Of a stretch of DNA of 64,000 bases, positions 8,358-18,202 are shown one piece after another. Position numbers and translations under genes: made by a program. The notes under the pieces were generated by a model. That model saw only the letters and a program-made list of their open reading frames with translations. It had not been told where the DNA came from and searched no databases. The stretch comes from Alphaproteobacteria bacterium (lineage in GTDB: Bacteria; Pseudomonadota; Alphaproteobacteria; SP197), in assembly GCA_964291265.2 (NCBI GenBank), contig OZ219747.1, forward strand, positions 1,536,001 to 1,600,000, written 5' to 3'. Positions within the stretch are counted from its first letter, which is position 1; each line of letters opens with the position of its first letter.

Positions 8358-10345
8358 CAGTCGGCGAACTGGGTATCGGCGTCAATTTCGTCGGTATCGC
8401 GCTCATCGTGACCTTGGTCGCTCTGCTCGCGGCTGCATTCGTCATCGGGCGACTCGATCGGCAGAAACGCCATGGTGCGGAGGAGCGCTTGACTCAGGCA
8501 CTGCGGCTGGAACGAGCCAGGGAGGAAGTGCAGATTGACAACCTGCGCAAGGAGAAGGAAGGCATCCTGAAGGCGGCCCTTCGGGCGGAGGACGCGCAGG
8601 AGCGTTGGGAGACGGTCAAGCGCGATCACGAGCAGCTCGAGGCAATGCGCCGGGAACTGGACGACTTCGAACGGGAGGAATCGAAACGTATCGACGAACT
8701 CGAACGACACCGGGTCGAAGCCGCACGGCGGCTCGGAGATGTCCAGGCGGCCCTCGATCAGTACCCGCCGGAAATCGTCGGGAACGAGAGCATCTGGGAT
8801 GAGGTGATTGCCAGGCGCAAGGAGGACTTCGATCGGCTGCGAGAGCATATCGATGCCGCCGAGAAGGAGTACGAGGAAGCCGACGCTCGGCGCACGCGGG
8901 CGGCAAGCGAAACGGAATATCTCGAAGGAAAGAAGTCACGCCTCGACGGAGAAATCGAAGAGGCCCGAGGTCTGCTCGACCAGATTACGCAAGGCCAGAT
9001 CGACGGATTGAAGCCGCTCAACGAGCGGCTCGTCGAAGAGGCGAAGCGGCTTCAGAACGAGATCGAGGGCCTGCAAGAGAAGTGGAACACGATGCAGAAA
9101 GATCTCAAGAACGCCACAGGCTCACAGGTCGGGCGTGTCATCGAGAAGCTCGCCGCGTTCCGGAGCACACCGGATTGCCTGCTGGGATTCGAGGAGGCGC
9201 GGCCGGAGACCGAAACCGATGAAGACATGTTGCTGAGCACATTCGAGGATGCCTTGAGGGATCGCGGACTACAATACTCGAAGCGAATCATCCGGGCCTT
9301 TCACACGGCCCTGAAGGTGAACGATCTCTCTCCGCTGACGGTGCTGAGTGGACTGAGCGGAACCGGAAAGAGCCAGCTCCCCAGAGCCTATGCCCGGTTC
9401 TTCGGGATTCATTTCCTGCACGTGCCAGTCGAACCCGGTTGGGACTCGCCGCAGGATCTCCTCGGTTTCTACGATTTCGTGGCGGAACGCTACCGGCCCA
9501 CGGACCGAGCCCGCGCCCTTGGCCATTTCGACAGCCGATTCGCGAAGGAGATCGGGATCGCGGAAGGCCGCAATTGGAACGAAAGGATGCTCATCATCCT
9601 GCTCGACGAGATGAATCTCGCACGCACGGAGTACTACTTCTCCGAGTTTCTCTCGAGGCTCGAGATGCGGGGGCCACGGGGTGGCGAGCAGGCCGAGGGC
9701 AGCCTCGGGGACGCGCAGATCGCCATCGATCTGCCCTACGCCGAAAACGAGCCTCCGAAACACCTTTATGTCCCGCACAACATCCTCTGGGTCGGGACCC
9801 TGAACGAGGATGAGACAACTCAGGCACTCTCGGACAAGGTTCTGGACCGGGCAAACTCCATCCGCTTCGCACCCCCCGAGCCCAACACCCTTCGCTCGCA
9901 CAGCAAGGCACCGGAATCCGGAATCGCGCCAGCTTCCGGCTACCTGCCCTACCAGCGATGGCTCACATGGTCCAACCGCGGTACGACGGTCGAAATGGGA
10001 GCCGGAGAACAGGTCGACAAAACCCTCGAAACCCTCGCGCGCTGTATGCAGGAAGCGAAACGGGGGTTCGGCTACCGAATCGTACAGAGCATCAGGGCCT
10101 ATATCGAGCACTATCCCGGCCAGGATTGGCGTCAGCCCATGGTCGATCAGATCAACATGCGCCTTCTCCCGAAGCTCTCCGGCGCGGAGATGAGCGAATG
10201 CCACGACAGCCTGGAAGAGCTGAAGCGGACTTGCGAGGAAGAGCTTGGCGATGATGACTTCGCGGAAGCGTTGCAGCGTGCCGTGACCGAGTCCCAATTC
10301 TCGCAGATCTTCACGTGGCCCGGTTATTCTTACAAGCAGGAATAG
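8354..10345 (+). CDS. McrB-family AAA+ NTPase with N-terminal TM helix and coiled coil (CnuB-like)
   Basis: Walker A GLSGTGKS, Walker B ILLDEMNLAR, McrB signature GTLNEDET (NxD) and SDKVLDRAN; N-terminal hydrophobic helix followed by ~230 aa coiled coil; GTGA overlap with the upstream gene. Confidence 0.9.
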   Translation: MTVGELGIGVNFVGIALIVTLVALLAAAFVIGRLDRQKRHGAEERLTQALRLERAREEVQIDNLRKEKEGILKAALRAEDAQERWETVKRDHEQLEAMRRELDDFEREESKRIDELERHRVEAARRLGDVQAALDQYPPEIVGNESIWDEVIARRKEDFDRLREHIDAAEKEYEEADARRTRAASETEYLEGKKSRLDGEIEEARGLLDQITQGQIDGLKPLNERLVEEAKRLQNEIEGLQEKWNTMQKDLKNATGSQVGRVIEKLAAFRSTPDCLLGFEEARPETETDEDMLLSTFEDALRDRGLQYSKRIIRAFHTALKVNDLSPLTVLSGLSGTGKSQLPRAYARFFGIHFLHVPVEPGWDSPQDLLGFYDFVAERYRPTDRARALGHFDSRFAKEIGIAEGRNWNERMLIILLDEMNLARTEYYFSEFLSRLEMRGPRGGEQAEGSLGDAQIAIDLPYAENEPPKHLYVPHNILWVGTLNEDETTQALSDKVLDRANSIRFAPPEPNTLRSHSKAPESGIAPASGYLPYQRWLTWSNRGTTVEMGAGEQVDKTLETLARCMQEAKRGFGYRIVQSIRAYIEHYPGQDWRQPMVDQINMRLLPKLSGAEMSECHDSLEELKRTCEEELGDDDFAEALQRAVTESQFSQIFTWPGYSYKQE

Positions 10346-10371
10346 AGGGCTCGGGCGAGAGACCGACCGCC

Positions 10372-11838
10372 ATGTGGCTGTATGAGTCCTATCGAGAATT
10401 CAGTCGCGAGGCGGCGGGAGTTGCCGTAGCGAAAACCCGGCCCATCGTTGCCGAAAAAACAACACGGCTGTGTCTAGTCGGTACAGACGGGCCGCCCGTC
10501 ATCGTTGCTGCGACCGGGGAGATACCACAAGGCTACCCGATGCTGGAAGGCCCGCACCGCCAGACGCTGCCCCGGGTGCCCGGTCGGTTGCGTGGTCGAA
10601 TCGTTGCGGGCACCTCCGAGGGACAGGAAATCCCCGACCGGCCTCTCGATGCGTGGCTCGTCCCCTGGGGCGTCGGCGAACAACGGACGATGCGCGTCAC
10701 CGTGAAGCCGGGGACCGTGCTCGACATGAATGTCGAGGGGTGGCGCAAGCATGGAGAGGAACGGAAGAGAGACCGAGTTCTGAGAAGGGCGGCCAAGGTT
10801 CTCGATATGACACCCGACGTATTTGCGGCGCAACCGGCGGTCGGGATCGCTTATGAGCAGCTGGAGGACATCTGGAACGATTCGAGCCTGGAGGAAGGGG
10901 ATCCGCAGGGTGAACTGCTCGCGAGGCACGCGAGACACCTGCGGCGCGTGCTTGAAGATCTCGGCGCTCGTCCGCGCGTCGCGCTTCGTACCGAACACCG
11001 ATTGCTCAAGCTTCAAACGGTTCACAGGACCGACGCGAAGACACTCCGGTGGCTCTCCGCTCAGCCCGGGCGAAACACCGCCGAACGGGCCGGCGTCCGA
11101 CAGAGGATGAAGGCTCCGAAACGCTACGAGACGCTCGCGACTCTCGAGAATCGGGTGCTGCGGGCGTTCGCGGCATTGACGGTACGGGAGACGAAGACCT
11201 GGCTCGAGAACACTGGTTCCAACGAGAACAGGGACGCAATCCTGGCCCACCAGCGCCGCACGCGCCGAATCGAGTCCGTTCTAAGAGATCGTCAGGTACC
11301 CGAAGCGAAACCTCCCGTTCGGCCCAACTTCGCCCTTCGCTTCGACCCGCGTTACCGGGAGATCTGGCGCGCCTGGATGGAGCTGCGGGCGCTGAACACC
11401 GCGACCGAACTTCAGTGGATGTGGCAACAGCGGACGTTCATGGAGCTTCTCGAATTCCGTGCGGCGATGAAGCTTCAGCAAGCAGTCCGGGACGGAAGGG
11501 ACGGCGGTACGCTTTCGCATGCTCCCGTGCTGAAGGCAAGGCATCCGCCGAATCAGGGACGCTACCTTCACGATGCCGGCATCCGTGCGACTTTCGGGAT
11601 CGTCGCCGATGGCACTGTCCGCGTCATCGAGTACGGAACGCTCGACGACAACCGGCCGCTCGGTGCTGTGGCACACACCGAGTCGGAGACCGCAGTCTGG
11701 TGGGACGTGGAGGACCTCCAAACAGGGCGGGAAGGTTCGGTCGGCGAGCTCCCCTGGACGGCCGGGCACGCGTGGGACACCGCCTTGCGCAGCTGGGCCG
11801 CAAGAGCCGCCACCCGAGATGAGCCCGGCCCGAGATGA
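10372..11838 (+). CDS. DUF2357 McrC-like partner protein (CnuC-like); no obvious intact PD-(D/E)xK motif
   Basis: RYETLATLENRVLRAF and PNFALRFDPRYREIWRAW resemble DUF2357; lies directly downstream of the McrB-like gene. Confidence 0.75.
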   Translation: MWLYESYREFSREAAGVAVAKTRPIVAEKTTRLCLVGTDGPPVIVAATGEIPQGYPMLEGPHRQTLPRVPGRLRGRIVAGTSEGQEIPDRPLDAWLVPWGVGEQRTMRVTVKPGTVLDMNVEGWRKHGEERKRDRVLRRAAKVLDMTPDVFAAQPAVGIAYEQLEDIWNDSSLEEGDPQGELLARHARHLRRVLEDLGARPRVALRTEHRLLKLQTVHRTDAKTLRWLSAQPGRNTAERAGVRQRMKAPKRYETLATLENRVLRAFAALTVRETKTWLENTGSNENRDAILAHQRRTRRIESVLRDRQVPEAKPPVRPNFALRFDPRYREIWRAWMELRALNTATELQWMWQQRTFMELLEFRAAMKLQQAVRDGRDGGTLSHAPVLKARHPPNQGRYLHDAGIRATFGIVADGTVRVIEYGTLDDNRPLGAVAHTESETAVWWDVEDLQTGREGSVGELPWTAGHAWDTALRSWAARAATRDEPGPR

Positions 11839-12223
11839 GTCGGTTCGTCACGGTCGACCTTAACGGCTGGCTTGATCATCTGGTCGACGAGGACAGGCAG
11901 GTGCGGACACTCGGTTTCCGGTCCTGCCTGTACAAACATGAGGGCACCTGGCTCTGCGGCGCCCAGGCGCTGGCCGCGGCCAGGGATTCCCGGATGGATC
12001 AACCGCTTGTCGTCGGAGCCGAGGCCCTGGACGGGGCGGCCGGACAGGGGATGAACCCGCCGGAGGGGCACGACGCTCTGCCGGCAGCCTTGTGGCAGCT
12101 TGCGGCAGACGCAGCCAGCAGGTCTCCGTCCGGCGGACCGATTCATCTGGCCCTCGTCATTCCGGACGATCAACATCTGGGGAGCGTGGAACCAGGCAAG
12201 ACAGGCAAAACAGCGGTAACTAC

Positions 12224-13702
12224 TCACCCCTTGTTAGGGTCTGGTTGTCCGTAGTGCTGGTTGAGGATGTCTACGGCCTTTCCGTCGAGGGCGATGTGGA
12301 TGGCGACGTGAGGGTTGTAGCCGAGTGCGTCCATGGTGGTGAGGTAGCTTGAGCCGCGGCACCATGCTTTGGCGTGGGGCATGGTACGGAAACATCCGGA
12401 CACCTTGATCTTGACCTTTGTCATCCTGATCTTCTGCTCTCCGGTATTATTTGTGAAACTGACATTGGGGTCCTTCATGAAGCGCAGGACGGACTTCTCG
12501 TGTTTCACGAGACGTTCATGCAGGTTGTGCGCGTCGGACTTTGCGATGCGTCCCCGTTTTCCTTTCGTCCGTGGCGGGATGTCGGGCAGTTCCCTGGCGC
12601 CCTGGGTGAGGATGGTGCGGTAGCGCTTGCGCACGGCCCGGCGGTCGGCCTCGTTCAAGGTCTTGGATGCGCTCTTGTTGACCCTGCGGGAGACCTCGCG
12701 CAGCAGGCTTTTCATCAGTCGCGCCCAGCGGTAGCCGTTGGACTCGACGACGAAGGTCAGTTCGCGCAGGAGATGGCTGCCGCACAGTTGGTGGCGGCAT
12801 TGATCGTAGCCCATGTAGGCAGCCCAGCAGTCGTGGATCAGGACGCCCTTGTAGCGCGGGATGATGCCGATCTCTTCGATCGCCTCCCGGCCGCGCTTGG
12901 GGTGCGGGAACTTGCACGTCAGGGTGCCGTCGGTGACGACATGGAGCCATTGGGTCTTGCCGGCGACCCGGAAGCCGGTCTCGTCGACATGCAGGGCCGG
13001 TTGTTGCAGGAGATGGGCCACGGCGGCCTCCTCCCATGATGCGAGGGCATCGTGAAAGCGCCGGACATAGCCGAGGCAGGTCGCCTCGGAGAGCTTGATG
13101 CCGGAGATCGCGTGCACGAGCGAGACGGCACGACGCAGGGACAGCATCTGGGCGATCAGCAGGTTGATGACGAGGGCCTGGATGCTGACGCCATACTGCA
13201 GGGGGCCCGGCATGTTGTCTGGGAACCGGCCCTTGGTCCGGGTCCGGCACTTCGGGCATTCCTTGATCTCGGCTTCGACGCGGCGCTCGACGACTTCGAA
13301 CACGATGTCGTAGAGGACGCGGCACTCCCGGTCGACGGGGTCGACATCGTGGAGGTCGGCGCCGCAGGCGTCGCAGGCATCGACGACGATCGTCTCCTCG
13401 ACGGTGGTCGTGCGCAGGTTGTCGCCCGTCTGCTGGTTCGGTTTCGGGCCCTTGCCGTGGCTCCCGGTGCGCCTCGCGCTCTCGTCCTTGTCAGTCTGCG
13501 ATGGCGGCAGACCGGAGTTCCGGCTTGTCTTGCGTGTGATCTTCTCCATGAGCACGGTCAGCAACAGCTTTATCAGCATCAGCATGCCGCGGAAGAGCTC
13601 CTCGCACTCCTGGTTGACCTTGCCCTGCTTGCGGAGATCCTGGAACTGCTTCTGGAAGACGTCGGCCTCCTGGCGCACAGACGTGCCGTTCACGCTCGCC
13701 AT
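12224..13702 (-). CDS. IS66 family transposase (TnpC-like)
   Basis: NSGLPPSQ, zinc-finger CDAC/CPKC, LHVDETG, LIHDCW, HQLCGSHLLREL, FTNNTGEQKIRMTKVKIKVSGCFR. Stop lies inside the IR. Alternative GTG start at 13693. Confidence 0.93.
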   Translation of the reverse strand: MASVNGTSVRQEADVFQKQFQDLRKQGKVNQECEELFRGMLMLIKLLLTVLMEKITRKTSRNSGLPPSQTDKDESARRTGSHGKGPKPNQQTGDNLRTTTVEETIVVDACDACGADLHDVDPVDRECRVLYDIVFEVVERRVEAEIKECPKCRTRTKGRFPDNMPGPLQYGVSIQALVINLLIAQMLSLRRAVSLVHAISGIKLSEATCLGYVRRFHDALASWEEAAVAHLLQQPALHVDETGFRVAGKTQWLHVVTDGTLTCKFPHPKRGREAIEEIGIIPRYKGVLIHDCWAAYMGYDQCRHQLCGSHLLRELTFVVESNGYRWARLMKSLLREVSRRVNKSASKTLNEADRRAVRKRYRTILTQGARELPDIPPRTKGKRGRIAKSDAHNLHERLVKHEKSVLRFMKDPNVSFTNNTGEQKIRMTKVKIKVSGCFRTMPHAKAWCRGSSYLTTMDALGYNPHVAIHIALDGKAVDILNQHYGQPDPNKG

Positions 13703-14364
13703 GACGACGCCTCCACCGCCATGACAGCCGCCAGCACGGCGAGCCGCTCGCCTTCGGGCATCGTCCGGTAGCGCCGCGCCCAGCTCTCTGCGAGGCGCTT
13801 GATGCGCTGGCGGTCGATCGAGTTCCTGCCCGCACACGTATGCCAGTGCGGCCGGCCCGGTGCGAAGTTGAACCACAGCTTCTCGGTGACAACGCAGGCC
13901 TGGTTGTTGACCTGGACCTCGGCCGAGCGCCAGCCGGCGAGGTGCGTGTCGTAGAGCCGCGAGGGATAGCCGGAGATCATCACCTGGCAGGGCAGCGACG
14001 TCAGGATGTCGAGGAGCGCAACATGGTCATCGTCCGTGCAGTCGAAGCGGTAGCGGCGCTGCGACCGGCGCGTCGACTGCACGTAAGGCGGGTCGCAGTA
14101 GACCAGCTCGCGGCCCTGGAAGGCGAAGGTCTCGAGAAAACGCAGGGCGCAGCCTTGGTGAAGCTCCACCGGATAGTCACAGCGGAAGGTGTCGATCGCC
14201 CGTCGGTTGAGGTCGATGCCGATGCTGCGTAGCGCCGGAGGCTTGCGCTTCATGATCGCGCCGCCCCCAAGGAACGCCTCGATGTACACGTCATGCGGCG
14301 GCATGGCCGCGACGATCGCCTGGCTCAGACCCGTCGTCGCCTTCGATCCGTACCATGCCGCCAT
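13690..14364 (-). CDS. Dam-like (D12 class) N6-adenine DNA methyltransferase, IS passenger
   Basis: YGSK, YIEAFLGGGAI (motif I), GIDL, LVYCDPPY (motif IV), VMISGY; intact 224-aa ORF. Confidence 0.9.
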   Translation of the reverse strand: MAAWYGSKATTGLSQAIVAAMPPHDVYIEAFLGGGAIMKRKPPALRSIGIDLNRRAIDTFRCDYPVELHQGCALRFLETFAFQGRELVYCDPPYVQSTRRSQRRYRFDCTDDDHVALLDILTSLPCQVMISGYPSRLYDTHLAGWRSAEVQVNNQACVVTEKLWFNFAPGRPHWHTCAGRNSIDRQRIKRLAESWARRYRTMPEGERLAVLAAVMAVEASSWRA

Positions 14365-17039
14365 CAATATCTCCGACGCAAACCGCCCCGATGGCCAGCA
14401 TGTAGAGTGCCCCTCCTACAATGTCAAGCGCATATCTCCAGAGGATTGGAAAGGCAGCCAACCGCTGTGGATGATTGCATCATCACGGGGACAAAACCTG
14501 GTCATACAAGGCCGGAACGTGGAGCTGAAGCCGAAGATCGATCCGCTTCTTGTCAGTCGGAACACGCACATCCGATCATCGGCAGCGAGCAAGTGAAGGC
14601 GGCAAGAGAAAATGCCGGATCCGAACCCGTCAGGAAAAACGATCCGTCATCAGTAGGGGGTGAGTAGTTACAAACAGCGCTCGAAACCCTCCATGAATCC
14701 ATCGAGAGCTCACGCCCCCATGCGCTTGCCGGGAACCGCGTTGAACTCGTGTGGCGCTCCGTGGCGGCGCTCAAGGCGATCATGAATCAGGGGAGGCTCG
14801 GGGGCGCGCCGGGCGCCGTCCTCGTGATCAGCGTCAACCGGAAGACGTACTGGACGGTCCTGGAGTTCCGCCCATGGTCCCGGGACGGTCAAGTCGGCGA
14901 CTCCCTCCATATCGTCCGAAGTCCCGTGATGGAGGATTGCGAGGAGAGCGAGGCGTGGACAGCCAGCAGGGCGCAGGCCATCCAGAACACGATGGACGCC
15001 CGGGGCATCGGCCACCGCGATCAGATTGGCCAATGGACGCGGTGGGTCGAGATCCTGGCGACGGGAATGGAAGCGAAGTCGCTCGCGAAGTTCGGAATCG
15101 ATGCCGACGCTATCGAGCATCGGAGCTGGCCGAAGCCGAACGGCGGATGGGAGATATGGTCCGGTACGCTGCCGATCACGGTGGCCATCCCGGTATCAGA
15201 CTCACTTCCGAGTGCGCTCGCGAAGAGGATCGAGAGCTTCCGAGACGGCTACGAGGGACCTCCCCTCGCGATCGTTGTCGATAGCCCCGCCGGGCCCGAG
15301 ATGATCGCTGCGTTCGAGACACGAGTTCGACAGCTTGCCGAGAGTGTCCCAGTCTATCGCGTGACGGGAGCTGACACAGCCCGGGCAGCAGGATGTCTCG
15401 CCGAGGCCCTGGGGCGGGATCCGGAGGCGCCCGCGTGGCTCGACGCGGTACCCGGCATCGAGATCGAGGTCCGCAAGGCAACGAAGGACGGTTCGACCGA
15501 GTCCAAAACCGAATGGATGACCGTCGTCCCCGGAACGGAGGCGATTCCGGCGGGCGAGGTCTACCGGACCCGCACCGATCCGAACCGGCACGTCACCCTG
15601 GCACCCGGCATCGAGCATGTGCACCTGCACCTTCGCCGAGGCCGGGATCATGAGTGGGACGAGCGGTACAGCGGTAGGGACACGGGACACACGATCCATC
15701 CCAGTGATCATGTCCGCATCGTGGAACCCCTCGCCCGAGTGCGACCGCTGTCGGGTGAAGCCCGGATAGAGATCGTCGAGCATCGTCCGGATGGCGAGGT
15801 GGAAGCGCTGCCTGGGTCGATGGGCATCAAGTGGAGCGACATGAGCAAGAAGCGCCCCGATGCACTCCGAAGCATCCCCGATCTGTACATTTTCCGGTCG
15901 GATGAAGGCGCATGGAATGAGCTGGAGTGTCTGCTCCGTCGAGTCATCGAAGAGAACAGCACTGACAAGGGAATCAGCCTCGATCTGAAGGATCGATTGT
16001 ACGAGTGCACGCAGAAGCAATGGCGAGAGCGGGTGTTTCCGCTGGGCTCGGACGGTGCGCCGCCCCGCGCCGACAATCCGCAACGCTACCGGAATTCGGA
16101 AAGGCTCCTGGTCGAATCGACCAATGCACTGCTCTCCGATCTTGAAAGGAACGTGGCGAGCAGCCGAAAGATCCAGGCAAAGGAGGCAAACCGGTTGCAC
16201 CTGCCGCTTACCTGGCTCTTCACTGGTTGTCCGGAGCGGACGATCGAAATCCTGCTCGACGCGATCGGAGATCCGGAAGGTCCCGCGGGGCGTGTGCTCC
16301 ACATGGAGAACGAGTTCTCCGCCTGGTCGATCTACTCGGGCGTCGGGCGAGCGGCGCGCAGCGAAGAAACATTGCGGGTTATATTCGACACGTTGATAGG
16401 GGCGTGGGAGAACAGGAAGAATCTGCCTCAGGACAGATTCCTGCTCGCTGCGGTGACGCATCCCATGGCGCGAAGAGTCGCGGTACGAAGAGTCCTCGGC
16501 GAGAGCCGGGAACGGTTCGATCGGGCAGGGCGCTTCCTGCGTCGGCATCTCGAGAACCTGCGGGAAGGCAATCACGATCCTCGGCCGCGATCCAGCCGGC
16601 GGAACGGGACGAATCCGAGCCTTGAGCTGCGATACGTGACGATGGGATACCGAGGGCTGTGCCAGATCAGGCATGTCAGACCGGACTGGTTCGATGCCGA
16701 CGGAGAAGACGCGAGGGACCTTTGCACGATGCTTCGTCAAGCCCGAAGAATTGGACGTCTTTTCGAGCAGGAGCTCGTGGACCGGACCGCACCTTATCTG
16801 ATCGGTAAAGGGGAGGATCCTTCGATGCCCGGGGGATTCTGATGAGACCGGTGGTATCCGAGTACGGACGACGTCGATGCAGCCCCCGGACTCATGACCC
16901 ACTTCAGACATCCTGACCTCGTCCAACAACAGGTGAGATGATTCCGGAGTGTTGCGCCGTCGATGTCTTGGGCGATGAGCAGAACCCGGACACGTCTGCA
17001 TGTCGACGCCGGCACGGCGCGGCCTTCGTCCAAACCCGC

Positions 17040-17067
17040 TTAGTGACGGCGCTCCGGCCGTCACTAA
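17040..17067. terminator. 11-bp perfect stem-loop between convergent genes, possible bidirectional terminator
   Basis: TTAGTGACGGC-GCTCCG-GCCGTCACTAA; no clear U-tract. Confidence 0.4.
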
Positions 17068-17311
17068 CCAGAATCTTGCCGTCCAGCCCCCGAGGTAGGA
17101 GCCGGATGGATGAGCGTCCATGTCCGGATCTGTGCGCAGCAATGCGCATTCCTGCTGCGACCGCGCAGGGGGCACGCAAGATCCCGTCTACCCGGCATAC
17201 GCGCAGCGCGGGGTGCTGGGTAAGCAATGTGTTCACAGTGCTTGCGGAGTCACCGCTCCTGGTGGTGAGGTCTCTCGTGCCCGAGCACGGCGATGGAACC
17301 CCATCGCTTGC

Positions 17312-18202
17312 TCATGGCGCTTGATCTTTGAATACCTCTTTCCGGTGCCATGCGACAAATGCTGGAGCCGGCGTGTCAAGGACAAGCGTGGGCGTGAGCA
17401 GGGGCTTGGTGGCGTATTGCCCGAGTACGTCTTCCATGCCGTGTCCCTCCACCAATCTGGACACCTGGACCGTGCCCTCCTGCGCAGTGAAGGCACCGTC
17501 ATCAAAGAGCCTGTGATGGAGATTGCAAAGTGACAGTCCGTTGCGAACCTCGTCGGGGCCATTGGCCTCATGCCACTTGATGTGGGCTGCTTCGAGGGCT
17601 ATCGGCGAATCAACCATGAAAATCGAAAGTTCGCAGACGGCACATCGATAGCCATAGGCTTCAAGCACTCTGGGACGAAACGACGGATCACGCGCCCTGC
17701 GTCTCGACATCACGTATTCAGCCTCAACTCCGGCCGCTTCGAGGACTTCGTTCTGCAGGGTGTCTGGGAAGTGCTCATCCACCAGCTCAAGGGCAATCCG
17801 GAGAGCGCGTTCCTTGTCCTTTCGCAGTTCATCAAAGATGACTTTCGTAAAACCACCTCTGGCATTGTGTTCTCGGAGAGAGCCTATTTTTGCATCCTTG
17901 CTGGCGGTTTCTTCGATGAGATGCGCTTCCGGCACCTCCCACACGTTGTCATTGCGCAGTCGCCAGAATGGCTGTTCGGTGTGGATCCCGCGAGGTGGTC
18001 CGAATCGAGACCACAGTCTCCGCAACTCACGGTCAGCTTCGCCATACGAAACAAGACGCTCCTTGCCGGCGATGCATCGCCCGATCATCCACACGACAAG
18101 GAGTGGCTTCTGGGGAGCCCGCGTCGGACCCTCCTTCCATTTCCGGAGTGACCGGAACTGCCTCTCAAGATCAGGCTTCGATGTGGTATCGCGGATTGTC
18201 AT
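17312..18202 (-). CDS. SBD-HNH type (phosphorothioate-DNA-binding-like) restriction endonuclease
   Basis: RAPQKPLLVVW...QPFWRLRNDNVWEV (SBD-like), then RDPSFRPRVLEAYGYRCAVC...LEAAHIKW...NGLSLCNLHHRLFD (HNH). Confidence 0.85.
   Translation of the reverse strand: MTIRDTTSKPDLERQFRSLRKWKEGPTRAPQKPLLVVWMIGRCIAGKERLVSYGEADRELRRLWSRFGPPRGIHTEQPFWRLRNDNVWEVPEAHLIEETASKDAKIGSLREHNARGGFTKVIFDELRKDKERALRIALELVDEHFPDTLQNEVLEAAGVEAEYVMSRRRARDPSFRPRVLEAYGYRCAVCELSIFMVDSPIALEAAHIKWHEANGPDEVRNGLSLCNLHHRLFDDGAFTAQEGTVQVSRLVEGHGMEDVLGQYATKPLLTPTLVLDTPAPAFVAWHRKEVFKDQAP

Larger units (their letters stand above)
12216..14671 (-). mobile_element. Complete IS66-family element (single transposase, ISBst12-like) carrying a DNA adenine methyltransferase, 2456 bp
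   Basis: Perfect 15-bp terminal IRs GTAACTACTCACCCC (12216-12230) and GGGGTGAGTAGTTAC (14657-14671); 8-bp TSD AAACAGCG at 12208-12215 and 14672-14679. Confidence 0.96.
11835..16842 (+). pseudogene. Hsp70/actin-fold protein with helical C-terminus (CnuE-like), split by an IS66 insertion (11835-12215 + 14680-16842; 847 aa restored)
   Basis: Removing the IS and one TSD copy restores the frame (...GKTGKTA|LETLHESIESSRPHALAGNRVELVWRSVAAL...). VTVDLNG, LALVIPD and ELVWRSVAAL align by eye with Hsp70 GIDLG, AVITVPA and RIINEPTAAA. Confidence 0.75.
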
